Assembly (NCBI GenBank): GCA_021208605.1
Contig: JAJOJK010000003.1
Coordinates: 73,481-137,480, forward strand
Reading direction: 5' to 3'
Source: Candidatus Woesebacteria bacterium
Lineage (GTDB): Bacteria; Patescibacteriota; Microgenomatia; UBA1400; UBA1396
DNA length: 64,000 nucleotides
Made by a program: the position numbers and the translations under genes. The notes below the pieces were generated by a model. It searched no databases. It worked only from the letters and a program-made list of their open reading frames with translations, and was not told the DNA's origin. Position 1 is the stretch's first letter; the number at the start of each line of letters is the position of its first letter. Positions 28,268-40,446 of the stretch are shown in pieces.

Positions 28268-30446
28268 ATGCAGAAACAGATGCGTTTTCAGGAACGAAAA
28301 TTAGACTCCGGCATGGGCATGGCGGTCGCCCGCCGTACCTACCTGCGTAAGATTCACGATGAAGAAATCGGCGAAGAGCGCTGGGAAAATTGGGGCGAAG
28401 TTGCCGAGCGTGTCGCCCAAGGGAACACCGCTCTCCTGCCAGAAAAAATGCATGAACACCGCGAATCTGAATTTGCCCTCATGAAAAAACACATTGCCAA
28501 CGGCACCATGCTGATGGCCGGACGTCACCTCCAACACGGCGACTCCACCCAGCCAGAACGCAACATGGAAGTGTTTACCAACTGTAGTACCGCCTCTTCC
28601 TCTTTCTTAGTGTTCTACTTACTTATGAACGGATCCGGAGTTGGTCGCGCCTATGACGACGACATGTGTATTGTGAACTGGGATTTTATGCCACATGTTC
28701 GCACCGTGTTGTCAGATGAGCATCCTGATTTCGACTGGCAAACCGACGAAAGTGTGCGAGAAGCCATGCACAAATATGGCGAAGGCAAAAATGTGCACTG
28801 GTTTGAAGTACCCGACAGCCGCGAAGGCTGGGCACAAGCCGTGGAAAAAATTGAGAACATGGCCTTTACGCAAAAGCACAAAGACGATGTGTTAGTTTTG
28901 GATTTTTCCAAAGTTCGTCCGAAGGGTGCACCCATCCACGGCATGCAAGACCGTCCCGCTTCTGGTCCCAAGCCGCTGATGTTTGCTATTAACCGTCTTT
29001 CTTCTATTAAAGGTGCTGGTCTGTCGCAATGGAAACAAGCCATGTTTGCGGACCACTACTTAGCCGAATGTGTTTTGGTTGGTGGCGCGCGCCGCAGTGC
29101 CCGTATTGCTACCAAGTGGTGGAAAGATCCAGAAGTGTTCGACTTCATTAACATCAAACGCGGCGGCTTCTTATGGAGTGCCAACAACTCCGTCACCGTG
29201 GACGACACTTTCTGGAAGCAGAAATCTGACCACGCCAAAAAAGTCTTGGAAGCGGTTTTAGAAGCGAGCTACCATGACGGTACCGGCGAGCCAGGTTTTG
29301 TAAATCAACACAAACTCGTCCAAAACGACGAAGGCTTTGATGGCTACACCGACGGTAAATACGCCGAAAGCGAAAAATTCAAACCATTGAAAGAAACCGA
29401 ACCACTCCTATCCGCTTTGGCGAAACAGGCGCAGAAAAAAGAGTTCCACCAGATTCCAAATCCGTGTGGAGAGATCACTCTGAACATGCTTGGTGGCTAC
29501 TGTGTGATCGGCGATGTGGTGCCGTTCTTTGCCCCAACTTTGGATGACGCCGAAGAAGCCTTCCGCGCCATGGCTCGCGCCTTGATCCGGGTGAACACCA
29601 TGGATTGTTTGTATCGTCGCGAAGTGCGCCGCACCAACCGTATCGGTGTCGGCATGACCGGTATCCACGAATTTGCTTGGAACGCCTTTGGCTACGGTTT
29701 CCGTGACTTGATCGACGAAGAAAAATCCAAAGATTTCTGGGAAACGTTATCGCGATTCAAGCGATGCAGTCGACGAAGAAGCCCGAACCTACGCCAAAAA
29801 GCTCGGTGTTACCGTTCCGCACACCAACACCACTATCAAGCCATCTGGCACCGTTTCCAAACTCTTCGCCCTGACCGAAGGCGCTCACTTGCCGAGCATG
29901 CGCGAGTACCTCCGCTGGGTGCAGTACCGCAGCGACGATCCGCAGATTGATGGATACCGCGCCAAAGGCTACCCGATCAAAGAGCTGAAGAGCTACAAGG
30001 GTTCAAGCGCAGTCGGGTTCCCCACGCAGCCAATGATTTGTCGCCTGGGCATGGGAGGAAAACTTCTCACCGCCGGTGAAGCCACTCCAGAAGAGCAGTT
30101 CAAATGGCTCATGCTCCTCGAGAAGTACTGGATCCGCGGCGTCGACGAAAAAGGCGAGTTGCTGGAAGAGAATACCGGTAACCAGGTCTCCTACACGCTC
30201 AAGTACAATCCGGAAAAGGTTTCCTACGAAGACTTCTCCGCCATGGTGCGCCAGTACCAACCGTTAATTCGCGTCTGTTCCGTTATGCCACAGCAAGATG
30301 CCACGGCGTACGAGTACCAGCCAGAAGAGCCGATCACTGGTACTAAATTCATGGAAATCATCCGCGAAATAGAGCGTGATGGTGAGCTCTTCGAAGACAT
30401 CGACATCGAACACCTGAAATGTGAAAGTGGGGCTTGTCCTATCTAA
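28268..30446 (+). CDS. nrdJ: Class II (adenosylcobalamin-dependent) ribonucleotide reductase NrdJ, interrupted by a 1-nt frame break near 29760-29768
   Basis: RNR active-site NPCGEITL in ORF 28268..29950; TTIKPSGTVS (RNR TxxAPTGxxS motif) and the remaining C-terminus sit in the +1 frame (ORF to 30446). The frame-2 window opens after a TGA at ~29727; the similarity switch lies between ...ETLSRFKR and DAVDEEARTYAKKLG. Fused length ~725 aa fits a monomeric class II RNR. Adjacent to nrdR. Confidence 0.7.
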
Positions 30447-30598
30447 CGAGGCTGAGTACTCCAGCCTCCACACGAACGAGAGTTCGTGGAGGATACCACA
30501 TTGGCTCCGGTCCTAAGAGGCCGGAGCCTTTTTCTTTTTCTGTAATTCTGTAATAAAGAAACAGTTCTTGACTAGGACAACTCCACAAGCCAGAAGAA

Positions 30599-33340
30599 GT
30601 GCGATACAATACCTCTATTGTGCGCACACTGATCCGCTGGTTAGGTACCGGATTCCTTTTTAGTTTTCTTTTGGTCGTTTTAGGCGGAAGTTCTGTTGTC
30701 GTGCAGGCGCAGTCCGCGGACACATCATCCAGTGGCGATCCCCTCGTTGGTCCCCACGAAGCCGGCAACTTGCCGAATATTCAAGATAAAGTTTCTGGTC
30801 TGCCAATGGTGGTCATTTTGCGCGCTGATAACTCGGTCGAAACATTTATCAGCACAGTTTCACGCTACTCGAGTGCCAATCCGCTTGTTATTCGTATCAC
30901 GGGTGTGCAAGACGGTATGTCCACCGCTGCCGCCGCCGATGTCGCCAATAAAATCAACCAACTGCAAGGGATTACGCCGCAAGGCACGATTGTCGTGTTT
31001 GGTAATGAGCTTAACAACTTAGAGCACGAATGGAAAAATCCGGGTATTGATGTCATTGAAGCGGGCCGACGGTATGCGCCGCTGTTCGCCGCTTTCCAAA
31101 GCGTTTTAAGCAATCATTTCCGCGCAGCCGCCTCACCGCTAGATACGTATAACGGTGATTACGCCTGGGATGGTTTTCTGGCTGGAGCGCTATCGGCGTA
31201 TGAACAAGCTGACGCCACAGTGGCTAATGCCTATGAGATTCCGCGTATTCGACCTGCCGATCAGACGGTCAGTGACATTCAGATGGTGATTGACAAAGTA
31301 CAAGCAGCGACCGGCAAGCCAGTCGATTTCCTCACCGAATACGGCTACGATCCCGAAGCAACTCTCGAAGAAAACGTCAAATTTCTACGCGAAAATAGTC
31401 CGCCCAACGGCCTCCAAGCCGCTACTCTGGTCCCCAACAAATGTGGTGATCGCGAGTTTAGTACTAGCGGCTTAACAGAAGATCCGTGGCTCTATTATGT
31501 GAACGGCGATGTCTACACCAAAGACGGCGTCAAAGTCATTGTTGGTGAAGGCAATAATTGTGATGGCTCAGAAGAATTCACTTCGCTTGATCCGGTTTTA
31601 ATTTATCCCCGCACCGATCGCGAAACCACCTCCCAAGGTGAGTTTGACCAATCGACCGAAGACGCCCTGTGGCGCAAATACCTGGCCAACTCGCAAGTGT
31701 ACTGTGGCCCGCGTCAACTCTATTTGTCGACTGAAGCAAACAACATCCTTATGAACAACTGTCAGGTATCGGGCAATCTCGGTCCGCAAGCTAACGGCGG
31801 CGATGCAGCCGATGATCGCATTTGTGGCCCATTTGAGTTCCCAGTCGTCGATACCGAATCCAAAACCACCGCGCAAAGCATGACCTTTCCACTCTTCCGT
31901 GATGACGGCGGCAGTATCAGCATCGAAGCCGATTTATCGCGCGTAGATCCGGAAGACACCTTCGTGGAAGCCGCTAAGCGCAACTCCAAACCAGAATACG
32001 CACCACAGTTTTACCTCACCACACCAGAGACACAGTGTGTCAACGCGGTGCGCTACGCCGAGTATGTTTCTAATGCCTGTGCCACCTTTTTTGAAGCCCA
32101 ACCAGGCAGCGAAGGCGACGATGCCCGCTGCGGTGGCGATATTCCGGTCACCTTGCCGGATGGCACCCAAACCACGGTCTTAGAATTAAAAGATTTGGTT
32201 CTGGGTGGAGAGCACGTCTGTAACAACTACAACCCCAGCGACAGCGAAGCCTTATTAACGCAAGCGGTGCAAAGTATCCAGCCGCACACGCCGCGCATCT
32301 TTAAGATGGGTTTCTTGGTGCAGTATACCTACTCGCATGATGAAAACGCGCCGTTGGTTGATCAATTCAGTACTGGTCTCGATATTGTGCAGAAAATCAT
32401 TAACTGGTTTGCCGGACAAGACGAGTCGAGCGTGGCGGCACTCGACGCCGAAGCCGGAGTCAAGTTAGACATTATTCCGGTCTGGTACCACGTTGGTATG
32501 GCCGCTTCGTACTTTGACTCTGCGCAGGCCAGTCGATCTTTCAATATTGATCCCGATGACACTTCAAATGTCGTCAGTAATGAAATTGGCATGTTTTCTG
32601 GAGCCCTCTGGCAAAACTACCTACCCGCCATGCAGCCACAACACCAAGAATTTTTAGCCAACACCTTTACCAAGTACGTAATCGGCAACAACGACATCAT
32701 GAAGTTCATGGCGAATCACTTCCAGGGTATTTCTAGTTTGCCACTGCAGAACAAAATCTTCTTTAGTAATGAAGACGTGTCCCAGATTACTGGCAAAGAC
32801 AGTGGTTGGGAACAAAATGCCTACGACAAGACTTCATACGAAAACGCGCGTCACCAAATTCCGTTACCATGTACCGATGGACAAGCCTGTTTTTGTTTTG
32901 GCGACGGCGAAAACGAACGCTGTGTGAACCAATCACGAGCAGAATTGGCGCAGTATTTCCCTGGTTCATTTGAACCCTCCGAAGAATACTTAAATGCTTT
33001 GCGCCGCCAAATTGTGTACCGCATCAATGCCGGAGTGCAATCAACATTCCGCTCTCCACAAGAGATTATTGACCCTGACACCGGCGAGCGCTGGCAAGAT
33101 GGCTCTTTGTCGATGCGCAACTTCCCCGGCGGCGATCTGGAAGCCTGCGGCTTAGACCAAGAAAATCTGCGCCAGGGCTACCAAGAAGAAGTGGCTGAGA
33201 TCGGTTCCAAAGCCGTCCAAACAGAAAAGCCGGCCGACGCTCCCAGCGACGCTCCGTGGTACTCCTTTGTCACCGAATTGCGCTCAAAAGTCATGGGGTG
33301 GGGTGGTCGTGACGACATGACCGGTCGGCCGCGATCTTGA
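30599..33340 (+). CDS. Large secreted protein (913 aa) with an N-terminal clan GH-A-like glycoside hydrolase domain (tentative)
   Basis: Signal peptide. VVFGNELNN (acid/base-like NE) and, ~105 aa later, FLTEYGY (GH5-type nucleophile (I/V)TE(Y/F)G). Long Cys-containing C-terminal region. Confidence 0.4.
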   Translation: MRYNTSIVRTLIRWLGTGFLFSFLLVVLGGSSVVVQAQSADTSSSGDPLVGPHEAGNLPNIQDKVSGLPMVVILRADNSVETFISTVSRYSSANPLVIRITGVQDGMSTAAAADVANKINQLQGITPQGTIVVFGNELNNLEHEWKNPGIDVIEAGRRYAPLFAAFQSVLSNHFRAAASPLDTYNGDYAWDGFLAGALSAYEQADATVANAYEIPRIRPADQTVSDIQMVIDKVQAATGKPVDFLTEYGYDPEATLEENVKFLRENSPPNGLQAATLVPNKCGDREFSTSGLTEDPWLYYVNGDVYTKDGVKVIVGEGNNCDGSEEFTSLDPVLIYPRTDRETTSQGEFDQSTEDALWRKYLANSQVYCGPRQLYLSTEANNILMNNCQVSGNLGPQANGGDAADDRICGPFEFPVVDTESKTTAQSMTFPLFRDDGGSISIEADLSRVDPEDTFVEAAKRNSKPEYAPQFYLTTPETQCVNAVRYAEYVSNACATFFEAQPGSEGDDARCGGDIPVTLPDGTQTTVLELKDLVLGGEHVCNNYNPSDSEALLTQAVQSIQPHTPRIFKMGFLVQYTYSHDENAPLVDQFSTGLDIVQKIINWFAGQDESSVAALDAEAGVKLDIIPVWYHVGMAASYFDSAQASRSFNIDPDDTSNVVSNEIGMFSGALWQNYLPAMQPQHQEFLANTFTKYVIGNNDIMKFMANHFQGISSLPLQNKIFFSNEDVSQITGKDSGWEQNAYDKTSYENARHQIPLPCTDGQACFCFGDGENERCVNQSRAELAQYFPGSFEPSEEYLNALRRQIVYRINAGVQSTFRSPQEIIDPDTGERWQDGSLSMRNFPGGDLEACGLDQENLRQGYQEEVAEIGSKAVQTEKPADAPSDAPWYSFVTELRSKVMGWGGRDDMTGRPRS

Positions 33341-33341
33341 T

Positions 33342-34619
33342 ATGAAGAAAGAGCAAGTCGACGTCACGTTCCTCATTCTTCCTGACGACGCCATGAAAAT
33401 CGGCATCATGCAAAATACTTTGCTGCAGATGTTCTTGTCGCCAGAAACGTATACATCGTTAATTAACGGTGAAAACGACATTTTGCCAGTCCGCGACATG
33501 TGGATTGCCGACGACGTCGAGGTCGATGGACAGGGCTTTGACCCCATTGTTTCCGCCCATCTGCGCGTCAATGGCGTCGATCGCCGTGTCACTGCCGAGG
33601 CCGAAGGCTATGTCCAAGTGAAGTATGTAGGGTATAACTTTGTTGGCGATTGTGGTTCTCCAGAAGGCTGTTCGTGTGGTTCGGAGATCATTTCGGAATC
33701 TATCGATCCCAACTGGATTCCCAAAGACCAAGCGCAAGAACAGTCACCGACTCCAGCTACCAACTGTCAGGGATACGAAATTGTAGAAGAAAATGCCGTG
33801 GGAGTTCGTGGCGACATCCCTGGGAACAGCCCTGACGAACGCCCAGAAGCGCCCGGACAGCTCTTCGCCTTGTTTGAGTACGTCCGCCGCATGGCTTTCA
33901 CCCCGCTGCATATGCAAGCCTACACCGAATACCCTGGACTGGAAGAGTTTTATAGTGGCGGTGCCAACGCCGCCCTGCAGCAAAATGCGCTCGATCGCTT
34001 AAACAGCAACACGCCAGGCGAATGTGTCTACCAACCGCGCACAATTGATGTCGCCGCCGAGTGGGGCTACAGTTCCAACTTACAGAATCCAGCCCAAGAT
34101 CCGTTCCGTGATGACATCTGTCGAGTAGCTGGTGCAACGGGAGTGCCGGGCGAGTATTTGCGTGCCATCTTGGAAATTGAAGCCAGTCCGTTCTTACGCG
34201 CCGTGCGTGGTGCTGGACGAGGAACATATAACCCAGGGCCGACATCCTTTATATGTGGCGCAAATAGCTCGGGAGCCGTTGGCCCGATGAATGTTATTGT
34301 TGGGCAGTGTTCCACAAATCCTCTCACTCAGAATTTGCAAAATGGTGCAAATAGCCTTGATCCCGATCTCTGTACCATTGAAGGGGGCATGACCGCAGCC
34401 GCCAATCTGATTCAAGGACATCAGGGCATTGTTCGTCGCGCCCCTTCGCAGAGTCAATATGATTATTTGGAAGCTTTAGCGGAGCGATATCTCGGTGTCG
34501 GGAGTTGTGAAGAACTCGGTAATCCGAATGACGGTGAACCAGCCTATCCTGGTGGTCCAGACTACTGTGCGTATGTCGCTGGTATGGCCACAGGAAAATT
34601 TGCAAATTACTGCAATTAA
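33342..34619 (+). CDS. Hypothetical Cys-containing protein, translationally coupled to the upstream secreted protein
   Basis: Start 2 nt after the upstream stop; 425 aa; many paired Cys. Confidence 0.45.
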   Translation: MKKEQVDVTFLILPDDAMKIGIMQNTLLQMFLSPETYTSLINGENDILPVRDMWIADDVEVDGQGFDPIVSAHLRVNGVDRRVTAEAEGYVQVKYVGYNFVGDCGSPEGCSCGSEIISESIDPNWIPKDQAQEQSPTPATNCQGYEIVEENAVGVRGDIPGNSPDERPEAPGQLFALFEYVRRMAFTPLHMQAYTEYPGLEEFYSGGANAALQQNALDRLNSNTPGECVYQPRTIDVAAEWGYSSNLQNPAQDPFRDDICRVAGATGVPGEYLRAILEIEASPFLRAVRGAGRGTYNPGPTSFICGANSSGAVGPMNVIVGQCSTNPLTQNLQNGANSLDPDLCTIEGGMTAAANLIQGHQGIVRRAPSQSQYDYLEALAERYLGVGSCEELGNPNDGEPAYPGGPDYCAYVAGMATGKFANYCN

Positions 34620-34663
34620 ATCAATCTATTTTATGATTAGCAATCTTTTATTGCGTTTGATAA

Positions 34664-35101
34664 ATGCGGATTTCCTGTATAATACCTACTCTTATGTGGA
34701 ATCGCATTCAACATTGGTGGCAAGAGCAGGCGCGGAAGCAGGTGATGCAGTCCGTGATTGCTCCAGTTGAGCCCATCGACATTATTCGGGCTGATGGTTT
34801 GGCCGAGCACGATGTGTTAGCACAGGTCGACCTGTTGCAGGAAATGTCGCGCATTGATGCGGCTTTGGCGAAAGAGCTCGGTATTTACCAGCCTGAAACG
34901 GTCAATGAACGCAAAGAAATAGTAGATTCACTCGGGAAAAAGATGCTGGCCGACGTTATTCCTGTTTCGTTTACGATCCAAGGACAAGAGCGATCCTCCC
35001 GCTGGGTGGTGGTCGATCGCAGTACTGAAATGCATTTAGTTACGCTCTCTAAGCGCGATGTGGAAGATTTCTACATTTTTGTGCAACCAGCACAACAATA
35101 A
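34664..35101 (+). CDS. Hypothetical protein, 145 aa
   Basis: ORF only; alternative start at ~34694. Confidence 0.35.
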   Translation: MRISCIIPTLMWNRIQHWWQEQARKQVMQSVIAPVEPIDIIRADGLAEHDVLAQVDLLQEMSRIDAALAKELGIYQPETVNERKEIVDSLGKKMLADVIPVSFTIQGQERSSRWVVVDRSTEMHLVTLSKRDVEDFYIFVQPAQQ

Positions 35102-35122
35102 ATAAAACGATACGATAGATAT

Positions 35123-36220
35123 ATGAAAGTCGCTGTTGGTCTCTCTGGTGGTGTAGATTCGTCGGTCTCGGCGCATCGTCTGGTGGAAGCCGGTCATGAA
35201 GTCACTGGCGTCTTTTTGGAGTGCTGGCGCGCGCCTGGGTGTCGGGCGGAAGAGGATCGTAAAGATGCTCTTAACGTGGCTTTGGAACTCGGGATTCCGT
35301 TTCAAGTTTTGGATTTTAAGCAAGCTTACCGCGATCGCGTGGTGGAGATCTTTTTTGAGGATTATAAGCGTGGATTAACGCCAAATCCCGATATTTGGTG
35401 CAATACGGAGATAAAATTCGGTTTATTTTACGATTGGGCCATGGAAAATGGCTTTGATGCCATTGCAACTGGTCACTACGCGCAAATTTACGAAAAAAAT
35501 GGTCGAAAAGTGCTGGCTCGCGGTAAAGATCGCAAAAAAGACCAGACAATCTTTTTGCATCGCTTAACACAAGAACAGTTGGACCACGTTTTGTTCCCGA
35601 TTGGCGATCTCGAAAAAGGCGAAGTTCGCGCCGAAGCGCATGAGCGCGGCATCATTGTGGCCGACAAGCCCGATTCCCAAGGTATTTGTTTTATTGGCGA
35701 TATTGACGTGCGTGATTTCTTGCGCGAGCGGCTCGGTGAAAAGCCTGGTGACGTCTTGGACACAGAAGGAAATATTGTTGGTCGTCATCAAGGTGTGTGG
35801 TTTTACACCATCGGCCAACGCCATGGTTTTGAGCTTTTCCCCAAGATTCACACGGCGCGCAAAGAGTGGAAGCATGTTTTACCACCGCTCTACGTGATTT
35901 CCAAAGATGCCGATGCGAACACCATTACTGTCGGCTACGGCGCGGAGACTTTAGAAAATGAAGTTCTGGTGCGTGATGTGTTTTTGCGTGATCCAGATGT
36001 GGCTGCGCGTTTGCGCCAGCAGGATTCTTTTGCTGTGGCGGTACGGATTCGCCATGGTGGCAAGACGTTAGCGGGTACTTTTGGCTGGGAAGAGAGAGAT
36101 GAATCTACGGCAAAGATTACTTTAGAAGAAGCGCAGCGCGGTGTTGCGCCTGGTCAGGCCTTAGTTTTGTATGATGCTGAGGATGCGGAAGTGTGTTTGG
36201 GCGGGGCGTATATTTGCTGA
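35123..36220 (+). CDS. mnmA: tRNA-specific 2-thiouridylase MnmA
   Basis: PP-loop SGGVDSSV at the N-terminus; catalytic Cys region ICFIGD; 365 aa. Confidence 0.85.
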   Translation: MKVAVGLSGGVDSSVSAHRLVEAGHEVTGVFLECWRAPGCRAEEDRKDALNVALELGIPFQVLDFKQAYRDRVVEIFFEDYKRGLTPNPDIWCNTEIKFGLFYDWAMENGFDAIATGHYAQIYEKNGRKVLARGKDRKKDQTIFLHRLTQEQLDHVLFPIGDLEKGEVRAEAHERGIIVADKPDSQGICFIGDIDVRDFLRERLGEKPGDVLDTEGNIVGRHQGVWFYTIGQRHGFELFPKIHTARKEWKHVLPPLYVISKDADANTITVGYGAETLENEVLVRDVFLRDPDVAARLRQQDSFAVAVRIRHGGKTLAGTFGWEERDESTAKITLEEAQRGVAPGQALVLYDAEDAEVCLGGAYIC

Positions 36221-36470
36221 TTTGACAGCTTTTTGTGATATAATGAGCGCTATAGATAGAACAAGAACGTATTGATGAGCTCGGAGAAAAGTACTTTAAA
36301 CTTGTCGAGGAAGCTCAACAGGCTGGTGAGGATTCTGATTTTACATTCATTCCTTTTCTTCTGCTCACTCCTCGTGAAGAAAAAGAACCTTCTAATATTA
36401 TTCCATTCCCAGGGAATAAAAAACCAAATAAGAGATAATCCTACTGAATACAGTAAAGATTGGAAAATGT

Positions 36471-36938
36471 ATGAGTAAGTCTCCTGATAGAAACCTTTTG
36501 TATTTCCCTGACGATGGTTCTAATGAATCACTCCCGTTGATTCCTGATCCTGAGGAAAATATCGACACAGAATCAGTAGAAACATGGCAAGATTTTTTTG
36601 GTGAGGATACAGAAGCCTTTAAAAAGTTTTTAGAAGTTGCTACTTTTTATCAACTTAATGAGCAAAAAAAGGGTTGTTTCTTTGCTTTGCTTGAATTTAT
36701 TCGAAATAAATTTGGGAAAAAACACGATACTCAGCAACTAAATATTCCTAAAGATCTTCTTGATAAAATGACTGCTGAGTGGAATAAACTATCGCCAGAA
36801 GAACAAAAAAGAAGAATGGATGTGCTTAAATCAGATAGAACTGTTCAGGAAGCTGTCGACGAATTAGCAAAACAAATCCGCGAACGGCGTGCTCAACAGC
36901 AGTCAGGCAGTGATTCGGACGATACCCGATTTACTTAA
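36471..36938 (+). CDS. Hypothetical acidic protein in an AT-rich islet
   Basis: 155-aa ORF at ~38% GC. A small upstream ORF (36272..36478) may belong with it. Confidence 0.35.
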   Translation: MSKSPDRNLLYFPDDGSNESLPLIPDPEENIDTESVETWQDFFGEDTEAFKKFLEVATFYQLNEQKKGCFFALLEFIRNKFGKKHDTQQLNIPKDLLDKMTAEWNKLSPEEQKRRMDVLKSDRTVQEAVDELAKQIRERRAQQQSGSDSDDTRFT

Positions 36939-36962
36939 GATAGGGACCCTAAAACTCCCTGC

Positions 36963-36990
36963 TTGACACCTCTCTAACATTTGGTAATAT
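36963..36990 (+). promoter_or_regulatory. Sigma70-like promoter upstream of the 16S gene (TTGACA-16-TAATAT)
   Basis: ttgaca at 36963-36968 and taatat at 36985-36990, ~380 nt before the 16S 5' end. A second candidate (ttgcat..16..cagaat) lies ~40 nt upstream of the 16S. Confidence 0.4.
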
Positions 36991-37372
36991 ACATATCTAC
37001 GAGCCAAGGTCTCAGTGACCGACACCACACTTTATCGGTGTCGCGAGAGAAACCAGTCTCGGTTCCAATTGAGTTCTTTTTGAACAACCGATGTTGGAAG
37101 GCACTGCCAAAGCTGGAAACAGCAACGTAGATGCCGATTTCATATTGTTCTTGAACAAGTAAAGACTCGTCAATTCAAATGATTTATTTCATATGAAAAA
37201 ACAAAACGTGAATATATCTTCCAGATATATTCATAGCTTTCAATAACAACGAAATCGAGACATAGCATCTCGATTTACAATTTTTGATAACAAACAGTAT
37301 ACGGACTGGCAGGATGCATTGGATTTTGCATTCTGCACAATCTGTGTCAGAATCATTTTCCGTTATTTTTTT

Positions 37373-38861
<1,489 letters not shown>

Positions 38862-39023
38862 CTAAGGAGTGTCGGTATGAGTCTCACGCCTCATTCCGGA
38901 TTACGAGCAATCGTAACAAAACTCTGAAGTCCTGTGGACATATGTGCCCAGGCCTTCCTGCCAGTCCGCATGTTGTTTGTGTCAAAAACCCAAATGAGTC
39001 TTTACAAGAACAGATGACAAAAG

Positions 39024-39047
39024 AACCGCTATTGAGCGGTTTTTTTG
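39024..39047. terminator. Rho-independent terminator ~160 nt downstream of the 16S (could also terminate the convergent HD gene)
   Basis: accgct / attg / agcggt followed by ttttttt. Confidence 0.6.
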
Positions 39048-39083
39048 TGCGTGTTTTGATTATGTGCTTTTGATATAAAAAGT

Positions 39084-39611
39084 TTATTGTTGGAAAACAG
39101 AAATCAAAAAAGTAACGTGTTCACTCAGTGGAACGCCAATAAGTTTGGCGCCACTTTCGATATCTTCCCGAGGAACAGCGGCCGCGAACGCTTTGTTTTT
39201 TAATTTCTTTTTTACGGAAGACCACTTCATGCCCTCAAACCTACCTGGGTGAACCTTTGCTACCGCATCCATGAACCCAGAAATTTCATCACAGGCGAAC
39301 AGATACTTTTCGATATTGGTTTCTGGTTGCTTACCGGTTCGTGCAGGTGCATGGGCACGAATAGCATCAAGAATTTCGTCTGAGATCCCGTGTGCTGGCA
39401 ATATTTCGTCACAGGCTTTGTTGGGATGTTCGTCAGGATATTTTTCCCAGTCAAGATCATGGAGAAGGCCAGCAATGTACCAGTCTTCGCTGTTTTCACC
39501 GAGTTTGGTGGCATACGCTTCCATGGCTTGCGCAACCATCTCGCAATGTCGGCGGAGAGCTGGATTATCAATATATTCAGTGAGGAGTTGCTGAGCTTCG
39601 GATTTGGTCAT
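39084..39611 (-). CDS. HD-domain phosphohydrolase
   Basis: HD signature (AGLLHDLDWEKY) with upstream His; 175 aa. Located inside the 16S-23S interval on the opposite strand. Confidence 0.6.
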   Translation of the reverse strand: MTKSEAQQLLTEYIDNPALRRHCEMVAQAMEAYATKLGENSEDWYIAGLLHDLDWEKYPDEHPNKACDEILPAHGISDEILDAIRAHAPARTGKQPETNIEKYLFACDEISGFMDAVAKVHPGRFEGMKWSSVKKKLKNKAFAAAVPREDIESGAKLIGVPLSEHVTFLISVFQQ

Positions 39612-39704
39612 AGGGGCAGTATAGCAAGTGTTGTTTGTAGGGAGCGGTGCGGTTTCTGCTTACGATTTTGGCAATCTATGATACAATCAGTATCTCTTAC
39701 TCTT

Positions 39705-39778
39705 GAGGGTATAGCTCAGTTGGTTAGAGCGCAGTCCTGATAAGACTGAGGTCCCTGGTTCGAGTCCAGGTACCCTCA
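39705..39778 (+). tRNA. tRNA-Ile (anticodon GAT)
   Basis: Cloverleaf gagggta/taccctc acceptor; anticodon loop ctGATaa; T-loop ttcgagt; no encoded CCA. Confidence 0.85.
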
Positions 39779-39793
39779 CTATTTTGTGTTTTT

Positions 39794-39820
39794 GAGAGGG
39801 ACCGACCCTCAGGCCTATAA
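39794..39820. repeat. REP-like repeat copy (gagagggaccgaccctcaggcctataa)
   Basis: Same family as 18602..18628. Abuts the transposase stop codon. Confidence 0.6.
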
Positions 39821-40252
39821 TTTATAACCTCTCCCAACATGTTTCCAGTCTGAAAAGCCAGCATTTATCGGGTTATCAAGTATATATTGTCTCGTTTTGG
39901 CAACTTTCGCTGGCGGTACATACGCAGCTTTGTAAATATCTTGAAAAAGCCTCCCAACTCGTCCGTATTTTTTATTGATATACATGACATATCTGGTCAT
40001 GGTTTTTCGCATGAGGATTTCTATTGCTCTCGTAGTAACCTGGTATACCAGAAAGTGAAAATGGTTTGGCATGAGGCAGAAAGTATCTACAATTACTTCG
40101 CAGTACTCTTCTTGAAGTACCCTGCGCGTAATGGCTCGAAATACTTCATAATCTTGTTCCGAAAAGAATATTTCTTCTTTATTATTTCCACGGTTATATA
40201 TGTGAAAATAGCTGTTTGGTTGGTAATACTTTACCCGATTAATTGCTGGCAT
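39815..40252 (-). CDS. IS200/IS605-family Y1 (HUH) transposase, RAYT-like
   Basis: YFHIYNRGNNKEEIF, CLMPNHFHFLV (HuH motif), ...GRLFQDIYKAAYV (catalytic Tyr region), ILDNPINAGF. 145 aa. Flanked by REP-like repeats on both sides. Confidence 0.8.
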   Translation of the reverse strand: MPAINRVKYYQPNSYFHIYNRGNNKEEIFFSEQDYEVFRAITRRVLQEEYCEVIVDTFCLMPNHFHFLVYQVTTRAIEILMRKTMTRYVMYINKKYGRVGRLFQDIYKAAYVPPAKVAKTRQYILDNPINAGFSDWKHVGRGYKL

Positions 40253-40291
40253 GAAGCGATGGTAGCAAGAGAAGTGAACAAAAATATTACA

Positions 40292-40315
40292 GGCTTGAGG
40301 GTCGGTCCTTCGAGC
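40292..40315. repeat. REP-like repeat copy, inverted orientation
   Basis: Reverse complement gctcgaaggaccgaccctcaagcc matches the REP core ggaccgaccctcaggcc. Confidence 0.55.
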
Positions 40316-40327
40316 TCATAAAAAAAG

Positions 40328-40401
40328 TGGACCCAAGGGGATTCGAACCCCTGACCTCTTCATTGCAAATGAAGCGCTCTAGCCAGCTGAGCTATGGGCC
40401 C
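40328..40401 (-). tRNA. tRNA-Ala (anticodon UGC), on the strand opposite the rRNA genes
   Basis: Reverse complement gggcccatagctcagctggctagagcgcttcatttgcaatgaag...ccttgggtcca. Anticodon loop ttTGCaa; G3:U70 Ala identity pair present. Confidence 0.85.
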
Positions 40402-40446
40402 AAGAAGGGTATTATATCCTACTACTTGGATATTGGTAAGTAATGT

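Noticed and set aside
36939-36962. Degenerate REP-like copy (gatagggaccctaaaactccc) upstream of the rRNA promoter
   Set aside because: It shares only the gggacc and aactcc ends with the 27-mer family, too weak to call.
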